A stretch of DNA of 20,000 nucleotides from Malacoraja senta (taxonomy: Eukaryota), in contig JAXLNO010000659.1 of NCBI GenBank assembly GCA_038087875.1, forward strand, positions 111,353 to 131,352, in the 5' to 3' direction. A program made the position numbers and the translations under genes. The notes under the pieces were generated by a model that ran no database searches, had not been told where the DNA came from, and worked only from the letters and a program-made list of their open reading frames with translations. This document shows positions 17,970 to 20,000 of the stretch, piece after piece; the first letter of the stretch is position 1, and every line of letters begins with the position of its first letter.

Positions 17970-20000
17970 TTAAACCCCTATACTCCCCGTGGACACAACA
18001 ACTCTCTGTCTGAGGAACACCAAAAAGTCCCCAAACTGGCTCTCCTCAAAGTCAGGAAGATCACTCTCCCTGTTGCCAAGAATAGCCTCGAGAGTCTGAA
18101 TCAAACCTGGCAGATCAACCCACCGCCTTTTAGCAGCCTCCATTCTTGTTCTGAGGAAGCGGTTTGTTTTGAGGAATTCTCGAACCGCCCGTATATCACG
18201 TACATGAGACTCGGCCTTGGAGCCTGGGCACTCGGCCAACGCACTCGCACCTGCACCAAGAGGCTCCACACCACAACGTTCAAGGTCGCTTTCAGAATTT
18301 GAACGACCAGAGCTCACCGAAAGCTCTTCACCCCCACTACACAAACTTTCCTGAGCACTCTCCCCCTCTTCCAGCAAGACACCACCTCCAGGATCAATGC
18401 CGGGTAAGGGTCCCGAAACCCCTGACTGCAACAGGCAGCCCCCTGACTGGCTTGGCACCTGCACGCTAGCATCACCCTCCACGCCTGGGCCTGGGGAAGC
18501 AAAAACACTAGGCACCCCCAGGGCCTGTGATACACTGGCACCCCCGGAAACTATAGGGAAATCACCACCCGAACTATCCCCGACCTCCACAGCACCTATA
18601 GCATCCCCTCCACTGGCAACACCCAGAGGCTCTCCACTTTCTTTTAGCCTCTCCCCTACCAACTCAGCCGGCGATGCAGCACACCCCCCATTACCACCAC
18701 TGGCTCTGATGTGGAGCACAGACTGGAACACCACATCCCCCCGAACCACACCCCTCGGGCTGACTCTGCTCATCCCCCATCTCAGGGGCCCCACTACCAG
18801 GCGCGCATACCCCATCCTCTGGCGTGCCATCACCCTCAAGAGGCCTCTGAAACGAGGGGACCTCCTCCGACCCAGAGGACACACACCCAGGGGAGCTCAC
18901 CTCAATACCCGATGAGATAACTCCATCGGAGGGCCCCTGAAATGAAGGGACATCCACCCGCCCAGAGGACACAACTCCAGAGGAATCAACCCCATCACCT
19001 GATCCTATAATCCCCGCAGAAGATCCCTGAAATGGATGCTCACCCTCCAACCCGGAAGACACCAGTTCTTGACCACCAACCACATCAGTGGTGGAAGGTC
19101 TGGAAAAAGTTGTCCCCCTAACTTTCGACTCACGCCCTTCCTCTTCCTCGCCAGGCCTAAACCTCCTTTTTACCCCACTAGCATGCGGCGGTACGGTGAC
19201 CTCCATAAAGGAGGGGTCTTCCTCCTCCACACTACCCCCAGCCACTTTACCACCCGCACACTTTACCATCCCTTCCCCCGTCTGAGCGACCTCATCTCCT
19301 TGCTGGGCCACGGCAAGCACACTCTGGACCTCACTAGAGCTGACAGGCGCCCCTTGGGTGGTCTCAGGTTGCGATAGACTCTCTGGATGGACCTTTCTCG
19401 TCCTCCTCCTCGTCTTCTGCACCTCCCACTTACCCTCCCTGTCTGCATCCTTCCCCTCTTCACCCTCGCCCTGCACCTCACCATTAGCCACCTCCACCTC
19501 CACAGGCTCAGGACGCAGGGGGCGGAGGCCTTCCCCGCCCCGGGTCCCCAAGGCGGAACTTGCAGACCCAGATGGGCTATCACTTCTGCCCGGGATCCCC
19601 GAGGTAGAGCTAGCCGCCCTAGCCAGGTCAGCAGTGCCACCCAGCGCCACCGAGGCATGATGAGCCACCCCGGATGGGCCAGCAGTGCAATCCTGGGCCG
19701 CTACGCTAGAACTTCTAGCAGCGACCCCGCGATAAAGACACTCTTTACGGAGATGTCCAAATTCTCCACACGCATGACACCGTGCCTTCCCCCAACTCCA
19801 ATACACGGTTCTACGGAGACCCGTGCACTCCACCTCAAAGCTCCCCTCTGCGCCTTCGCCCTCACCCACCTTCAGAAACACCCTCCTCTTAAAACTAAAG
19901 ATCCCTCTTTCCTCCGGGTCCCCCCCCCCCCCCCCCCCTCGAGGTGCCTGAGCCTAAAGCACTTAGACCTCACCTCCCCAACCTTAGACAGGTGTGGAAT
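17970..20000 (-). pseudogene. Tx1 ORF1 (gag-like, zinc knuckle, long G/S/E-rich region), partial, frameshifted at G runs
   Basis: IFSFKRRVFL and CHACGEFGHLRKEC (CX2CX4HX4C); frame changes at the G19 run (19920-19938) and probably the G6 run near 18740; stop TAA at 17970-17972. Confidence 0.85.

Larger units (their letters stand above)
14198..20000 (-). mobile_element. Tx1-clade (L1 group) non-LTR retrotransposon; 5' end lies beyond the window
   Basis: ORF1 with CCHC knuckle, ORF2 with APE + RT + CCHC, 85-nt 3' UTR, AATAAA at 14230-14235, A18 tail at 14198-14215; GC/CpG-rich relative to the flanks. Confidence 0.95.

Noticed and set aside
14348..19660. Many + strand ORFs
   Set aside because: Antisense shadows of the GC-rich Tx1 ORFs with no recognisable motifs.

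Overview
Vertebrate genomic DNA, most likely a cartilaginous fish (skate/ray-like; inferred from repeat content). The only host gene is glycine decarboxylase (GLDC, glycine-cleavage P protein) on the + strand: four GT-AG exons (5367-5563, 6876-6972, 10338-10443, 10524-10663) that splice in frame and match human exons 7-10 as I recall them. The rest is intron packed with transposable elements: CR1 and Rex1/Babar LINE fragments, a SINE fragment, Penelope-type repeats with minimal hammerhead-ribozyme cores, three MITEs sharing a CCTGTCCCACT-type terminus, a ~1 kb TIR element with a 7-bp flanking direct repeat, a decayed hAT (Charlie/Buster) transposon holding foreign duplicated DNA and a nested MITE, and a young Tx1-clade retrotransposon (14198 to the window end, - strand) next to a TC-rich microsatellite. 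I cannot show a wholly new biological system. The best leads are the hammerhead repeats, the AUG-less Tx1 ORF2 and its microsatellite target, the foreign repeat inside the hAT, and substitutions at conserved GLDC residues. Family assignments come from recalled motifs, not database searches.
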